Positions 48,084-58,811 of a DNA stretch of 64,000 nt are shown here, piece after piece; position 1 is the first letter of the stretch, and every line of letters starts with the position of its first letter. The notes below the pieces were generated by a model. The model was not told where the DNA came from. It was given only the letters and a program-made list of their open reading frames with translations, and did no database searches. The translations under genes were made by a program, and so were the position numbers. This stretch comes from a bacterium (GTDB lineage: Bacteria; Hinthialibacterota; Hinthialibacteria; Hinthialibacterales; Hinthialibacteraceae): the NCBI GenBank assembly GCA_963663405.2, contig CAXXSM010000132.1, forward strand, positions 160,001-224,000, in the 5' to 3' direction.

Positions 48084-49520
48084 CTAGTTTGACTTAGAAT
48101 TATTTCCCCCAGTTTGTTCCCCGGCGCTGTCCCCGGTTTCTTCACTTGGCGCAGTTTCGGGTGGATTTTCGAGTTTCATCTCTTTGACTTTATTAAGAAA
48201 ATTTTGAATATCCCCGTTCTTGACCGCCAGGATTTCAAGTGGTTCCGGCCGGGCGCTGTAATAATAATGCGTCACATCCGTCGCGCTGAGCGGCTTTCCC
48301 AGAGCGATGGTTTCTACGCCTTTTTCGCCGGTCAGTTCAACAATCAGGCTGGGATCGCCAAGGCCGTATTCTTCTGTCGCTCCTTGAACAAATTCCGCCG
48401 CTTCCAGATCGGTGATCGCGCGCGCCACGCTGGAAACCGATGAGTAATCGGCTTCACCGTTCTGTGGCTGTAACAAGGTCCATTCACCCAGACTCTTGCT
48501 GGCTTCCGCGATCACGTCTCCTGCGGAGATGATTTTAAACCGGTTGATTTCCCACGTCTTGAATTCACTGAGTTTCTTCATCCGCATTTCAGAGATATCA
48601 TTCGGAATTTTGTCTAAATCTTTGGGATCGACGCTGAACACGTTTTCCTGGCTTTCGCGTTTGGCGTACAGGTGTTCACGGTCGTTTGTGGCGCCGAGTA
48701 GAAGCGCCTGCGCGGCCCAGCTGGATTCCTGGCTCGAATCCCCGCTCCAGAAAACGACTTTCGTCGCGGGTTGAGTCAGCCCATACGGTTCGTAATCATC
48801 AGCCGTCTCGGTGATAAACTGTTTGATCCGGCTATTCTTTACTTTATTAATTAGATCCTGCACTTTTGTGGAATCAACGCGCGCGGGCATCGGTTCGGTG
48901 AGAATCCATTGATCCGCATTCCGCCGTTGCAGGACCGAGTGGCTGTCATCCGCCGTGATTTCGATCTTTTGCACTTTGTCCATCTCTAACGCGAGAATGG
49001 TTTTATCGCGGAAATCGAACAATTTTTTATCCACGGAAGACTTCATGCCACTAAGGATGGTTACAACCTCGCTGGTTCCTTCGATCGCTCCATAGTACTT
49101 GCCGGAGATCGGAGATTCGGCGCCGATCAGCATAGTTGTGGACGTCGCGCCATCCACACCGGCCAATGTGACTTTAAATCCTGGATCGTCCAGACCGAAG
49201 GGACTGAGATCTTTAGGATCTTCTGCGATGACTCGCTGTTTTTTCCCATCGGCGAAGTTCCGGACAACGCTGTCCCAGTTGGACTTATCGCCGCTCGTTT
49301 CCAATGGAGTGACGATCTTCCATGAATCGCCGTCTTTAACGGCTTTAAATATCTCACTTTTTTTCTCGATGGTGACTTCTTTAACTTCGTCCTGCGTGAT
49401 GGAAAAGAGTTCTTTTTCTTTCGCCTCACGCTCTTCTTTCTTTTCTGTGCTGGATTTGTCCCAGAAATAGATCGCGGCGACAATTGCACAGATGGCTAAT
49501 AAAATCAAATTCCGTTTCAT
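48084..49520 (-). CDS. DUF4340 domain protein
   Basis: N-terminal anchor; three repeats of W.L..P...D...V....(Y/F)GL..P; follows a GldG-like gene. Confidence 0.85.
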   Translation of the reverse strand: MKRNLILLAICAIVAAIYFWDKSSTEKKEEREAKEKELFSITQDEVKEVTIEKKSEIFKAVKDGDSWKIVTPLETSGDKSNWDSVVRNFADGKKQRVIAEDPKDLSPFGLDDPGFKVTLAGVDGATSTTMLIGAESPISGKYYGAIEGTSEVVTILSGMKSSVDKKLFDFRDKTILALEMDKVQKIEITADDSHSVLQRRNADQWILTEPMPARVDSTKVQDLINKVKNSRIKQFITETADDYEPYGLTQPATKVVFWSGDSSQESSWAAQALLLGATNDREHLYAKRESQENVFSVDPKDLDKIPNDISEMRMKKLSEFKTWEINRFKIISAGDVIAEASKSLGEWTLLQPQNGEADYSSVSSVARAITDLEAAEFVQGATEEYGLGDPSLIVELTGEKGVETIALGKPLSATDVTHYYYSARPEPLEILAVKNGDIQNFLNKVKEMKLENPPETAPSEETGDSAGEQTGGNNSKSN

Positions 49521-49628
49521 GATTCGGCCTCATCAATCAAAAGGAGTGAATCTCAGGTTATTAAATCGGGACGCATTACGGTTTGTGGGAACACGGATGC
49601 GCGCGATCGCATTAATCGGTCAATCGAG

Positions 49629-51278
49629 TCAACCGCGCAGGCGTTTCATCGTCCAAACCACTACACCGAAGATCGCCACGAGTAATGGCAGAAGAATTAA
49701 TGATGTGATGAACAGCATCCGCGCTTGGAATTGAGTGACCATCACAGGCCGACCCGAATCGTCTTTGGGGCGAATCGAGATTAAATCTTCCTGCTGCGCC
49801 AACCAGTTAATTGAATTGAGAAAGAGATTCAGACTGCTTCGATAATTCCGATTCGCAGCGAAGTCCGAGTCTCCGTACAGAACGATTCGCGTCTCCGGTT
49901 GTTGTTCCAATTCTTCTACATTCTCGTCTTGGACTTCTTCTTTCGCCGCTTCATCCGTCGCGTCTGAAATGCGTTTTTCCGCCGGTTTGCTTAAGGCCAC
50001 CGCGATGGGAACCGGGCCCTTCATATCTTCGCCATCATCATATCCGGCCTGACCCGATGTTTTTAACGCTTCGATATCCCGTTCGGCCCAGCTCTGGGCG
50101 CCGGTTTTGATGATTTCCGTTCCAGTGACACCTTCTGGGAGATCGTCTTTCAAGTCAACGCTTTGCACCATTTCAAACATAATTCCCGGTGTCATGTTCC
50201 CAAACGGTTCGACGATGGCGTGCGTTCCCAATTCGCCGATCATCGGCGCGATTGGGCTGCCGCCGAAAACACGCATCAGTGGATTATTTTCCACAACGTA
50301 ATCATTACCGAAATGAACGCCGAAGTTTTCTTCAAAGAACTGCTCTAAACCAGTATCGGTTTGAGGATCCAGCATGGCGATCAGCTTGCCGCCGTAGGTC
50401 AAATAGTCGTTCAGGGTTTGAATTTCGGTTTCAAAGAACGGGGTTTTCGGCCCTGCGATGATGACCGCGACGGCGTCTTCGGGAACGTGTTCTACCGTAG
50501 CCAGCTGAAGGTCTTTACACTGATAGCCTTCCTCTTCCATCATCTGCTTCATGAAATTCATTCCATCGACTTCCCGGTCTTCGGTGGATCGTTCTTCATG
50601 GCCGGTTGTGAAGTAAACGACGCGGGATTCGCCCTTCAACAGTTTCATCAAGGCGTTGGTGAGATTGTTCTCGTCTACAGGGGAGACCTTCTCATGCGGG
50701 ACTTCTTGTTCTTGGGAAGGATCGACGCGGCCGGTCGTGTCTCCCTTCATGACATATAATGCCCCATAACTCACCGGCGCGAGAGCCTGCACCTTGAGTG
50801 GTTCTTTCTCCGGATCGATCACTTCGTATTTGACTTGAGAAGAATAATGTTGATAGAGATCCAGTAGATCTTTCACACGGATCGTGCTTTGTGGATCCAT
50901 TGGATTCTCCAGGTACAGCATCGTGACCGGTTCTTTTATTCCCTTTAATAGTTGGGTGGTTTGGGTCGCCAGTGTGAATTTTTTCGATTCCGTCAGATCG
51001 ATTCGCATGCTGTTCCGGGTTAAGAACATCTCCAGGAAGACAACAATCGCGAGGAAGATAATGATGGAAATAGCCGAATTTACATCCTCTAATGAAGAAC
51101 GGCCCGTAAAGAGTGAATTGAGATAAAGACCCATTATGACAATACCCGCAAGCAGAGTCAGAATCGATATGGGTGTCAAAATCTCATACGTGGATTGTAA
51201 GGCGACGATCAATGTCACCGTCCCAGCGGCAAGAAGGATAAGAGCCAATATAAGTGTAGGTGTATTTTTTGATTGCAT
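49629..51278 (-). CDS. GldG-like ABC transporter auxiliary protein
   Basis: IDLTESKKFTLA, YFTTGHEE, IIAGP, YLTYGG, GDSDF, NSINWL, C-terminal TM. Confidence 0.85.
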   Translation of the reverse strand: MQSKNTPTLILALILLAAGTVTLIVALQSTYEILTPISILTLLAGIVIMGLYLNSLFTGRSSLEDVNSAISIIIFLAIVVFLEMFLTRNSMRIDLTESKKFTLATQTTQLLKGIKEPVTMLYLENPMDPQSTIRVKDLLDLYQHYSSQVKYEVIDPEKEPLKVQALAPVSYGALYVMKGDTTGRVDPSQEQEVPHEKVSPVDENNLTNALMKLLKGESRVVYFTTGHEERSTEDREVDGMNFMKQMMEEEGYQCKDLQLATVEHVPEDAVAVIIAGPKTPFFETEIQTLNDYLTYGGKLIAMLDPQTDTGLEQFFEENFGVHFGNDYVVENNPLMRVFGGSPIAPMIGELGTHAIVEPFGNMTPGIMFEMVQSVDLKDDLPEGVTGTEIIKTGAQSWAERDIEALKTSGQAGYDDGEDMKGPVPIAVALSKPAEKRISDATDEAAKEEVQDENVEELEQQPETRIVLYGDSDFAANRNYRSSLNLFLNSINWLAQQEDLISIRPKDDSGRPVMVTQFQARMLFITSLILLPLLVAIFGVVVWTMKRLRG

Positions 51279-51290
51279 GGTTTCCCCTCT

Positions 51291-52076
51291 TTACTTGTTG
51301 GATTCTAACATGCGCAATGTCAGAAAAAGAAAGAAAGCGGAAAAGAGAATGTAATAGGCGACGTGGCCTGTATCAATCACTCCCTTGCTGAAATCTTCGA
51401 AATGCGCATAGACAGAGATCTCTTTGCAGATATTACCCAAAACGCCTGGTTGAATCTCGTTAACAAACGAGATCAGCCAAAGAACCAGCAGGACCGTGAA
51501 GGATATGACGCCCGATACGATCTGATTCTCTGTCAACGAGGAACTGAAAATCCCAAAGGAAAGGAACGCTGTCCCCAGCAGGAACACACCTACATAGGGA
51601 GCGATCAGGGTTTTAAGATAGGTCTGATCGGGAACGACATTCGCGGAAATCAACGCGTATCCAAATGTCAAAATCAACATGCCCGCGAAAACGGTCAGCG
51701 CGGCGAGGAATTTCCCCGCTAACACTTCCCCGTTTCGTATGGGATAGCTCATCAACAATTCAATCGTGCCCAGTTTTTTCTCTTCGGAAAAGAGGCGCAT
51801 GGAGAGCATGGGAATGATAAAGAGAAGGATGAAGGTCATCACGTTTGTGATGCCCATCAAGACCAAATCGGTATAATTGGGCATTGGAGGCGCCCCCATT
51901 CCCTGCCGCATACTCATCATCGTCATATAATTATGACTGATCTGCGTGTAGTACGAAAAATTGATATTGAAAAACACACCACAGACCACAAGAAATAATA
52001 CATATAGGACATACGCGAGCGGAGAGACGAAGTACGCCCGCATCTCCCGTTTATAGATGGCCCAAACGTTTGTCAT
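51291..52076 (-). CDS. GldF-like ABC-2 permease
   Basis: KREMRAYFVSPLAY, MRLFSEEKKLGTIELL, SSLTENQI; start ATG 52076 after GGAGGTG. Confidence 0.9.
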   Translation of the reverse strand: MTNVWAIYKREMRAYFVSPLAYVLYVLFLVVCGVFFNINFSYYTQISHNYMTMMSMRQGMGAPPMPNYTDLVLMGITNVMTFILLFIIPMLSMRLFSEEKKLGTIELLMSYPIRNGEVLAGKFLAALTVFAGMLILTFGYALISANVVPDQTYLKTLIAPYVGVFLLGTAFLSFGIFSSSLTENQIVSGVISFTVLLVLWLISFVNEIQPGVLGNICKEISVYAHFEDFSKGVIDTGHVAYYILFSAFFLFLTLRMLESNK

Positions 52077-52077
52077 C

Positions 52078-53028
52078 TCACACCTCCTTCTTTTCGCCCA
52101 TTGTGATATCGACAAAGATATCTTCGAGTGTGGGATCCATGGACCGCACTTCGTAAAGGTCCCAGCCTTTGTTGACGATCTGGGACGCGATCATGGGGCG
52201 AAGATCCTGATCGGGGCTGGTTTCGATCGAAAGTTGACAAACGCCTTCTTCGTTGGGGACAAGGACGCATTCAACTTTGCTTACGCCGTCGAGTTCCGAT
52301 AGCATTCCACTGACTTGATCCGAAGGGGCTTTTGAAAGAACACGGATCAAGCGAGATCGCGCAAGACGGCGCTGTAAATCTCCTACCGCGTCCGCCGCGA
52401 CAAGGCGCCCATCATTAATAATCATGACGCGTTCGCAGATCATGCTGACTTCAGGGAGGATATGCGTCGATAGAATGACGGTCCGCTTCCCGGCCATGTT
52501 TTTAATCACTTCCCGGATTTCCCGGATCTGCGCGGGATCGAGGCCAACGGTGGGTTCGTCCAGAATCAAGACTTTTGGATCCCCCAGAAGCGCCTGCGCC
52601 AAACCGACACGCTGCCGATACCCCTTGGATAGTTTTCCCAAAGACCGGGTGGCGACACCCTCAATGCCGGTTTCATGCATGGTATTCCGGATTTGCGCGG
52701 CGCGATCTCCGGGAGGGATGCCTTTGATCTGCGCGGCGAAACCAAGAAAACTCAGCACATCCATTTCGTTGTACAGCGGTGTGTTTTCGGGAAGATATCC
52801 AATTTGCCGGCGGGCGTTCACCGAATCATTCTGCACATCGTACCCCGCGATGACCGCTTTGCCGCTTGTCGGCGTCAGAAAGCCTGTTAGGATACGCATT
52901 GTCGTCGTTTTCCCGGCGCCGTTGGGGCCGAGAAACCCTAGAATTTCTCCTTCTTCCACTTCAAAGGAGACATCCGCGATAGCCGTGACCCGGCCATAGA
53001 TTTTGTTGAGATTCTCCGCAACGATCAT
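52078..53028 (-). CDS. GldA-like ABC transporter ATP-binding protein
   Basis: GPNGAGKTT, LSKGYRQRVGLA, LILDEPT, STHIL. Confidence 0.93.
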   Translation of the reverse strand: MIVAENLNKIYGRVTAIADVSFEVEEGEILGFLGPNGAGKTTTMRILTGFLTPTSGKAVIAGYDVQNDSVNARRQIGYLPENTPLYNEMDVLSFLGFAAQIKGIPPGDRAAQIRNTMHETGIEGVATRSLGKLSKGYRQRVGLAQALLGDPKVLILDEPTVGLDPAQIREIREVIKNMAGKRTVILSTHILPEVSMICERVMIINDGRLVAADAVGDLQRRLARSRLIRVLSKAPSDQVSGMLSELDGVSKVECVLVPNEEGVCQLSIETSPDQDLRPMIASQIVNKGWDLYEVRSMDPTLEDIFVDITMGEKKEV

Positions 53029-53369
53029 ATTTTTTCCTCGTCATTTCACTAAGAGAGAATCGAATGATAATCATTCTTTTTTTATATCCGCACCTTCTCA
53101 GCCCCCGTCCAAACGATAGGAAGAAGGTGATTGCTCACAAAAAACAAATTGTGGAATTAAATACGGCTGGGGTTTAAAAAAGCATCCCCGGATAAGTATT
53201 TGCGAAACGAATCCGTAAGCAGGAAGTAACGCAAAAAATTTCAGAATTTTACGCCAGTGAATTTCTTTTTGGATACCATTATTCCTGCGATCGAATTGGT
53301 CCTAAATCAAAGGAGGTATTTTTACTCGATTCGAACCGTTTGGCAAGCCATGTGGATGAAAGGCGGGAA

Positions 53370-54296
53370 TCATGCCGCCGAATCGGATGGAATGGAACTG
53401 GACCGGCTCTTGATTAAGGTGATCCGGTTGCCCTTCTCGTTGAATTCAATATCTGACATAAACGCCCGGATTAAGATCAATCCCCGGCCATGATTGGAAA
53501 GCGCTTCAACATCCTCGAATTCTACCGGTAGATTGCGCCAATTAAATCCAGCGCCATCATCTTCAATAGAAAAAACGGCTTGGTTTGGGGTTAAACTCGT
53601 CGAAACTCTCACTTGTTTGGAGCGGTACGGTTCGATCGCGCTGCGCTCTTTCACCAGTTGATTGAATTGCACCAATTCATCCAGGGTGTTCCCTTTTGAG
53701 CGGGAGGAGATTTCCAGATTGCCATGAACAACCGCGTTGACCAGGGCTTCATCAAGGGCGAGGCGCACATTCATCAGTTCTGTTTGATTGCACAGCCCCA
53801 CCCGCTCGATTTTTTCCGTGACGAGGTCGATGAGTGGAAGCGTATATTGCAGATCGCTGGGAATTTGATAGGTCTGAGTCTCTTGAATGAAGAAATCGTA
53901 GATCCGCTTCTCCAGCCGTTTCTTCTTCCGAATCCGCAGGAGTTGAGTCGTGATGGGATATACCATCTCAATCTCCTGTGGTTTCATGAGAAAATTCGCC
54001 GCGCCCAGCCGCAACGCTTCTATGACGTCCTCCCGTTGTCCATAGCCTGTTAAGATACAGACGGGGATTTCTGGATTGTGTTTTTTTAGACCTGCGAGCA
54101 ATTCCATGCCCCCCATGACGGGCATGCGCAGATCTGTAAAAACAAGATCAATCTCTTTTTGATGGAACGTTTCGAGCGCTTCTTCCCCGTTCGAGGCGGT
54201 TAAGAGATTGTAGTCTCCCGCTTTTTCTAACATGTCAACGAGAAGGTTTCGAATCAACTCTTCATCATCGACTATAAGAATGGTTCCTTCCTTCAT
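53370..54296 (-). CDS. Response regulator receiver fused to RsbW-like HATPase (anti-sigma kinase)
   Basis: ILIVDDE, FTDLRMP, KP; EALVNAVVHGN, IEDDGAGF, GRGL. Confidence 0.85.
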   Translation of the reverse strand: MKEGTILIVDDEELIRNLLVDMLEKAGDYNLLTASNGEEALETFHQKEIDLVFTDLRMPVMGGMELLAGLKKHNPEIPVCILTGYGQREDVIEALRLGAANFLMKPQEIEMVYPITTQLLRIRKKKRLEKRIYDFFIQETQTYQIPSDLQYTLPLIDLVTEKIERVGLCNQTELMNVRLALDEALVNAVVHGNLEISSRSKGNTLDELVQFNQLVKERSAIEPYRSKQVRVSTSLTPNQAVFSIEDDGAGFNWRNLPVEFEDVEALSNHGRGLILIRAFMSDIEFNEKGNRITLIKSRSSSIPSDSAA

Positions 54297-54660
54297 GGCA
54301 TGCCTTTATTCTTTTAAACAATAACTATGAAAAAGAATGACTAGAAACGAAAATTCTACAATAAAACGGTAATAATCAAATTATCACCTATCTTCTCATA
54401 AAAGAAAAAAAAATTTCTATAGATAAATATACTTTCGTTTTACCTTGTAAGACCTTCTTTACCACCGAGTCACATATTAATTATATGTTCTAAAACATAA
54501 TTATAATTACCATTACTAAAATTAATGGTTTAAAGTATGTTTTTAACAAATTTTTAATGAGAATTTACTTTATTATTGCACAGATTCGATGGATTTGCAA
54601 GAATAAATTTAAAAAAATGTTACAAGATTGGATCGAGAAGATGCTCATTGAGAAGAAGAA

Positions 54661-55632
54661 TCAACATGGACGAGTGGAACGGTCTCCTTTCCATTTTTGG
54701 ACGAAATGCCTCCATAATCCTTTAATCAAGTGGCTGATCGAGAAGCCGATTGGCATTAGATCGGGGAATATGTAACCATCCACACGCGCCTCATTGAGGG
54801 GTAGGCCGGTGATATGAATGGCGTCTAACTTGGAACCGGGGAATCCCAATCGATCGGCCATTCGGAGTACAAAGTGATCTTGCCAGTTCATTCCTAAAAG
54901 TTCCGCCAGCGCCCGGTCGACCGCTACGGCGTCTTGACCGGCGAGCAGTAATCCCACATGCCGGGGGACGCCGATTACGGGCCCTTCTCCCTCCATCCCG
55001 GTAATCGCGTCAACAAGGGTTAGTTCCGGCCCGGTTTTTTCCAGAATGGCGAGAAGCATGGATGCGAAGGAATCCGGGCTCATTCTTTTTTTAAAGTGCC
55101 ATAGCGCTTTCCGGCGGCCGTTCACGCAGCCGAATAGGTTTTTCACCGCGCCGGTGAGCCGCATTTGGCAGTGGCTCTTCAATTTTGGGAGATTGATGAT
55201 GACATCGCATTCCAGCAAAGACGCGTCGAGCATTGGTGTGGGAACGCCATTGGTATAGATCGTTTCTTTGCGTGACTTGTTTGTGGGACGCCGGAACTCA
55301 ACGATCTCGATTCCCAACCGGTCCGCCACATCGGCGATCCCGCAAGCGCGGGCGACCCGGCGGGCGCTGGGCAGAGGCGGGCTGTCTCCAATGATGACCT
55401 TCGCGCCGCAATCCATCGCCATTCGCGCGACGACATCCACGATTGCGGGATGAGTTGTCACTGCTTTTTCCGGTGGTTTGGCGTAGAGTAGATTCGGCTT
55501 GAGAAGCGTCCGGTCTCCACGTTTGATATGGGCTTCGAGACCGCCAAACGGCGCGAACGCGTTTTGCACGGCTTCTTCCACCTGGGGGATCTCATATGAT
55601 GAACACCGTTCGATCGCGACGGTAAGGCTCAT
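54661..55632 (-). CDS. DUF362 domain protein
   Basis: LLKPNLL, TTHP, INLPKLKSH, TGAVKNLFG, DAITGMEGEGP. Confidence 0.88.
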   Translation of the reverse strand: MSLTVAIERCSSYEIPQVEEAVQNAFAPFGGLEAHIKRGDRTLLKPNLLYAKPPEKAVTTHPAIVDVVARMAMDCGAKVIIGDSPPLPSARRVARACGIADVADRLGIEIVEFRRPTNKSRKETIYTNGVPTPMLDASLLECDVIINLPKLKSHCQMRLTGAVKNLFGCVNGRRKALWHFKKRMSPDSFASMLLAILEKTGPELTLVDAITGMEGEGPVIGVPRHVGLLLAGQDAVAVDRALAELLGMNWQDHFVLRMADRLGFPGSKLDAIHITGLPLNEARVDGYIFPDLMPIGFSISHLIKGLWRHFVQKWKGDRSTRPC

Positions 55633-55760
55633 AGTAACGTCCTATAAAATAAAAAAAATTGACGAAACGCCGTAGATCCTTAGATGACGCCCGTCAATTC
55701 TAATTGTAATTGTTGAAAAAGAGACCGTCTAGCGTAAAATTGGGGGGATTCTGCGTTCGA

Positions 55761-56702
55761 TCAGCGGTGTTCCTGCTCGAATTCCCGCGTCCAGGCGATC
55801 GCTTTTGCGATCCCTTCTTCGAGAGGCGTGGTGGGATTGTATCCCAACAATCGACGCGCTTTGGAGATATCGGCGATGTAGCGGGTTACCTCACCGGATT
55901 GGGATGGTTTGAATGTGATTTTGGGATCGACGCCGACCGTTTTTCCAATCAGATTCGCCAGCGTCTCCAAAGTGTTGCCCTGCCCACACGCGAGGTTGAT
56001 GGTTTGATTGGTCACTTCGCGGCTGGTGAGTTTTTTGATTCCCAAGAAAATCCCTTGAACACAGTCATCGATATAGGTGAAGTCGAGTGTTTTTTCGCGG
56101 CCGTAGATCGTGATGGGCTGCTCGTGTGAGATTCGTTCAATGAAAAGAGGCGTCACCCGCTCCATCCGTTCCCGGTCATTGTCATACCGCCCATACACGT
56201 TGCTGAACCGGAAGACGATGTAGGGGAGGCCGTAACACTGGGCGTAGGAATAGATAAACGCTTCCCCGGCGATTTTGCTGGCCGAGTAGGGGCTTTCCGC
56301 CACAACAAAATCCGCACATTCTTCATTAGTGATATGGCGGTGGATGTCTCCATACACTTCGCGTGAACTGCCGAAGAGGATGGGGATTTCCGCCAGCCGC
56401 GCGCTTTCCGCCACTTTGAAGGTGATATCGACGTTTTCCATCGCGCGGGAAGGTTCCTGGACCAGTTCAAAGACTTTCGCATGCGCCGCCAGATGCACAA
56501 TCGATTCGATTCCATGTCCTTTAATCAATTCCAAAAGCCGCCCGACGCAATCCCCGGTCAAATCCACCTGCCGGAACGGAATCTCATCCGTCCATGTGTT
56601 CAGGCGCTTGTCCACGCCCAACACATGATGCCCTTCCGAAAGCAGCCGAAGCCCCAAATTCGTCCCAATCTGCCCACTCGATCCCGTGATAAGTACGTTC
56701 AA
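55761..56702 (-). CDS. NAD-dependent epimerase/dehydratase
   Basis: ITGSSGQIG, HLAA, SSREVYG, YSASK, RFSNVYG; probable TTG start at 56702. Confidence 0.9.
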   Translation of the reverse strand: MNVLITGSSGQIGTNLGLRLLSEGHHVLGVDKRLNTWTDEIPFRQVDLTGDCVGRLLELIKGHGIESIVHLAAHAKVFELVQEPSRAMENVDITFKVAESARLAEIPILFGSSREVYGDIHRHITNEECADFVVAESPYSASKIAGEAFIYSYAQCYGLPYIVFRFSNVYGRYDNDRERMERVTPLFIERISHEQPITIYGREKTLDFTYIDDCVQGIFLGIKKLTSREVTNQTINLACGQGNTLETLANLIGKTVGVDPKITFKPSQSGEVTRYIADISKARRLLGYNPTTPLEEGIAKAIAWTREFEQEHR

Positions 56703-56900
56703 GATAGTCTCGATTCTCGCTTTCCATAGAATGATGAAACGGTGAATTGATGAAGTCTGAATTATATCTCTTATGTTGGGGGAGTTAATAGAGGAATAAG
56801 GTAGTGAAATAGTAATGTAATGATTCTTGGTTTCGTTTTGTTGGATATAATGATCGCCGCACAGTAGAAAAATTCGCCATATATAAGTTTTGAAATCATG

Positions 56901-56929
56901 TTGACATCTCTGATACAATGGTTTATCGT
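56901..56929 (+). promoter_or_regulatory. Sigma70-like promoter
   Basis: TTGACA - 17 nt - TATCGT upstream of the small ORF/SDH protease pair. Confidence 0.5.
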
Positions 56930-56994
56930 TATTAGAAATGTTGTTGTATCATATATATTTAGAAATCTCTGATCTACGTATGAAGGGCTTATCA

Positions 56995-57204
56995 ATGATG
57001 AGTGAAAAACAAGAGACGCAAGATGAAATATCTGAGGTATTCCAACGCCTTGGTTTGGAGACTGAGGAAAAGCGTGAACGCCTTCGTAAACTAGAGGGCT
57101 TAGGTCGTATCGGTGAGGCGCCGGGAGTATACCGTTACGCTCTCGCTTTGAAAAATGACACTGCAAGGGAAAAAGACTATGCCCAACTGGAACGAACTTC
57201 TTAA
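56995..57204 (+). CDS. Small hypothetical protein overlapping the protease gene
   Basis: 69-aa charged helical ORF (MMSEKQETQDEISEVFQRLGL...YAQLERTS) overlapping the next start by 26 nt. Confidence 0.6.
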   Translation: MMSEKQETQDEISEVFQRLGLETEEKRERLRKLEGLGRIGEAPGVYRYALALKNDTAREKDYAQLERTS

Positions 57205-58132
57205 CGAGATTAAGGCTGAAGGAAGTATGTACGATGTTGTCCGTAGGCGCTACCTTAAGAAACTCTTTGAAATAACCAGTCGTAATATTATCCTATATTA
57301 CTCCGGATGGTTGCAAAACCGGGGTATTGCTGGCGCAGAGATCAATGATGAAGACAAGAACGGCTTAATGACTGTTATTCACAAATTAGACAGAAGTCTT
57401 GGTCTGGATTTGATCTTACATACACCCGGTGGTGATACTGCAGCTACTGAATCTCTTGTGGATTACTTACGATCTATGTTCAGCACAGATATTAGAGCGA
57501 TTATACCACAGCTAGCGATGTCTGGTGGTACAATGATTGCCTGTGCCTGTAAAGAAATACTTATGGGGAAACAATCAAGTTTGGGACCTGTTGATCCTCA
57601 ATTCAGGGGAATTCCAGCTCACGGTGTTGTCGAAGAATTTGAACGGGCAAAAAAGGAGATCAGCAGAGACGCATCAAATATCCCTGTATGGCAGCCGATT
57701 ATCGCTAAGTATAATCCAACGTTTATTGGTGAATGCGAAAAAGCAGTGGCATGGTCCAATGAGATGACGAAAGAGTGGCTCCGAACTGGAATGTTTAAAT
57801 CCGAGAAATCACCAAGTAAAAAAATTGAAAAGATTCTTAGAGAGTTAGGTGATCACGCGCTAACGAAATCTCACGCTCGACATTTGTCTATTGAGAGATG
57901 TCGTGACATGGGCCTGAAGGTTTGTGATCTCGAAAGTGATGATGAACTACAAGATGCTGTGCTATCATTGCATCATGCCTGTATGTTGACTTTTAGGTCG
58001 ACTCCCGCTCTTAAAATAATCGAAAACCATTGTGGTATCGCATTCATCAAAATTATACAGCAGGTGGTTGTCGCTGGACAAGTGGTGCCTGGACATGGAG
58101 TAGAGGAAACTCCAAACAAAGCGATTTTATAG
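57179..58132 (+). CDS. SDH-family ClpP-fold serine protease (S49-like)
   Basis: LDLILHTPGGD, AMSGGTMIA (Ser), LGPVDPQ (Asp), SHARH (His); start MPNWNELL. Confidence 0.88.
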   Translation: MPNWNELLNEIKAEGSMYDVVRRRYLKKLFEITSRNIILYYSGWLQNRGIAGAEINDEDKNGLMTVIHKLDRSLGLDLILHTPGGDTAATESLVDYLRSMFSTDIRAIIPQLAMSGGTMIACACKEILMGKQSSLGPVDPQFRGIPAHGVVEEFERAKKEISRDASNIPVWQPIIAKYNPTFIGECEKAVAWSNEMTKEWLRTGMFKSEKSPSKKIEKILRELGDHALTKSHARHLSIERCRDMGLKVCDLESDDELQDAVLSLHHACMLTFRSTPALKIIENHCGIAFIKIIQQVVVAGQVVPGHGVEETPNKAIL

Positions 58133-58347
58133 AACTAACCCTAATTTATCGTTGATTTCCAAATCGTAATTTCTAATCGTTAGACAAGTAAGGAAGTCTC
58201 AAAGCTAATCGTAGGTCGCTAAACGTGAAGGTAATGTATAGAGACTTCCTAATGATTGATATCGAAGAGGATACACTCGCGGATCATTTTACTCCATCCT
58301 GCTTTTGTGAGTAATTATCCTACGAAATAAGATAGGAATCATGGAAA

Positions 58348-58659
58348 ATGGCGAGTACTTTAAAAGAAATTCAAAATGCAATCAAACAATTATCACAAGA
58401 CCAGTTAAACCAATTCCGCGCTTGGTATGAAGAATTTGATGCGGACGCATGGGATGAACAGATCGAAAAAGACGTCATTGCGGGCAAACTTGATTCTCTT
58501 GCCAATGCGGCGATTGCGAATCATAAAGCAGGAAAAACAAAAAAATATAATTCGGAAACAGCCTACCTCACCCAAAGCCCAAAAAACAGAAAACGATTAT
58601 TGGAATCCATTGAGGAACTTGAATCCGGTAAAGGGCGTCAAAGAGATCTTATTGAATGA
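58348..58659 (+). CDS. Chimeric antitoxin-like protein (putative antitoxin N-part + YefM C-part)
   Basis: AWDEQIEKDVIAGKLDSLA...HKAG joined to ETAYLTQSPKNRKRLLESIEELESGKG. Confidence 0.65.
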   Translation: MASTLKEIQNAIKQLSQDQLNQFRAWYEEFDADAWDEQIEKDVIAGKLDSLANAAIANHKAGKTKKYNSETAYLTQSPKNRKRLLESIEELESGKGRQRDLIE

Positions 58660-58680
58660 AACTCATTTTCTCTAATCACA
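58656..58680 (+). pseudogene. 5' remnant of yoeB toxin
   Basis: ATGA overlap with the YefM-like end, MKLIFSNH, then similarity to YoeB stops. Confidence 0.45.
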
Positions 58681-58811
58681 AAGCGCAGCCCCCATTCTCC
58701 AAAATATCCCCCAAACACCTGCAAGACTTATCGATGTTCCTCTACACTATCCCCTTATAGATTTTTTCTATAAACTCTTGGGGTAACAAAAAATCAAGAA
58801 TCGAGTGGTTT

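Noticed and set aside
58108-58186. Possible integron attC after the SDH protease (…CCAAACAAAGCG…CGTTAGAC)
   Set aside because: The inverse core does not fit RYYYAAC, L-box spacing is non-canonical, and no integrase or other attC was seen.
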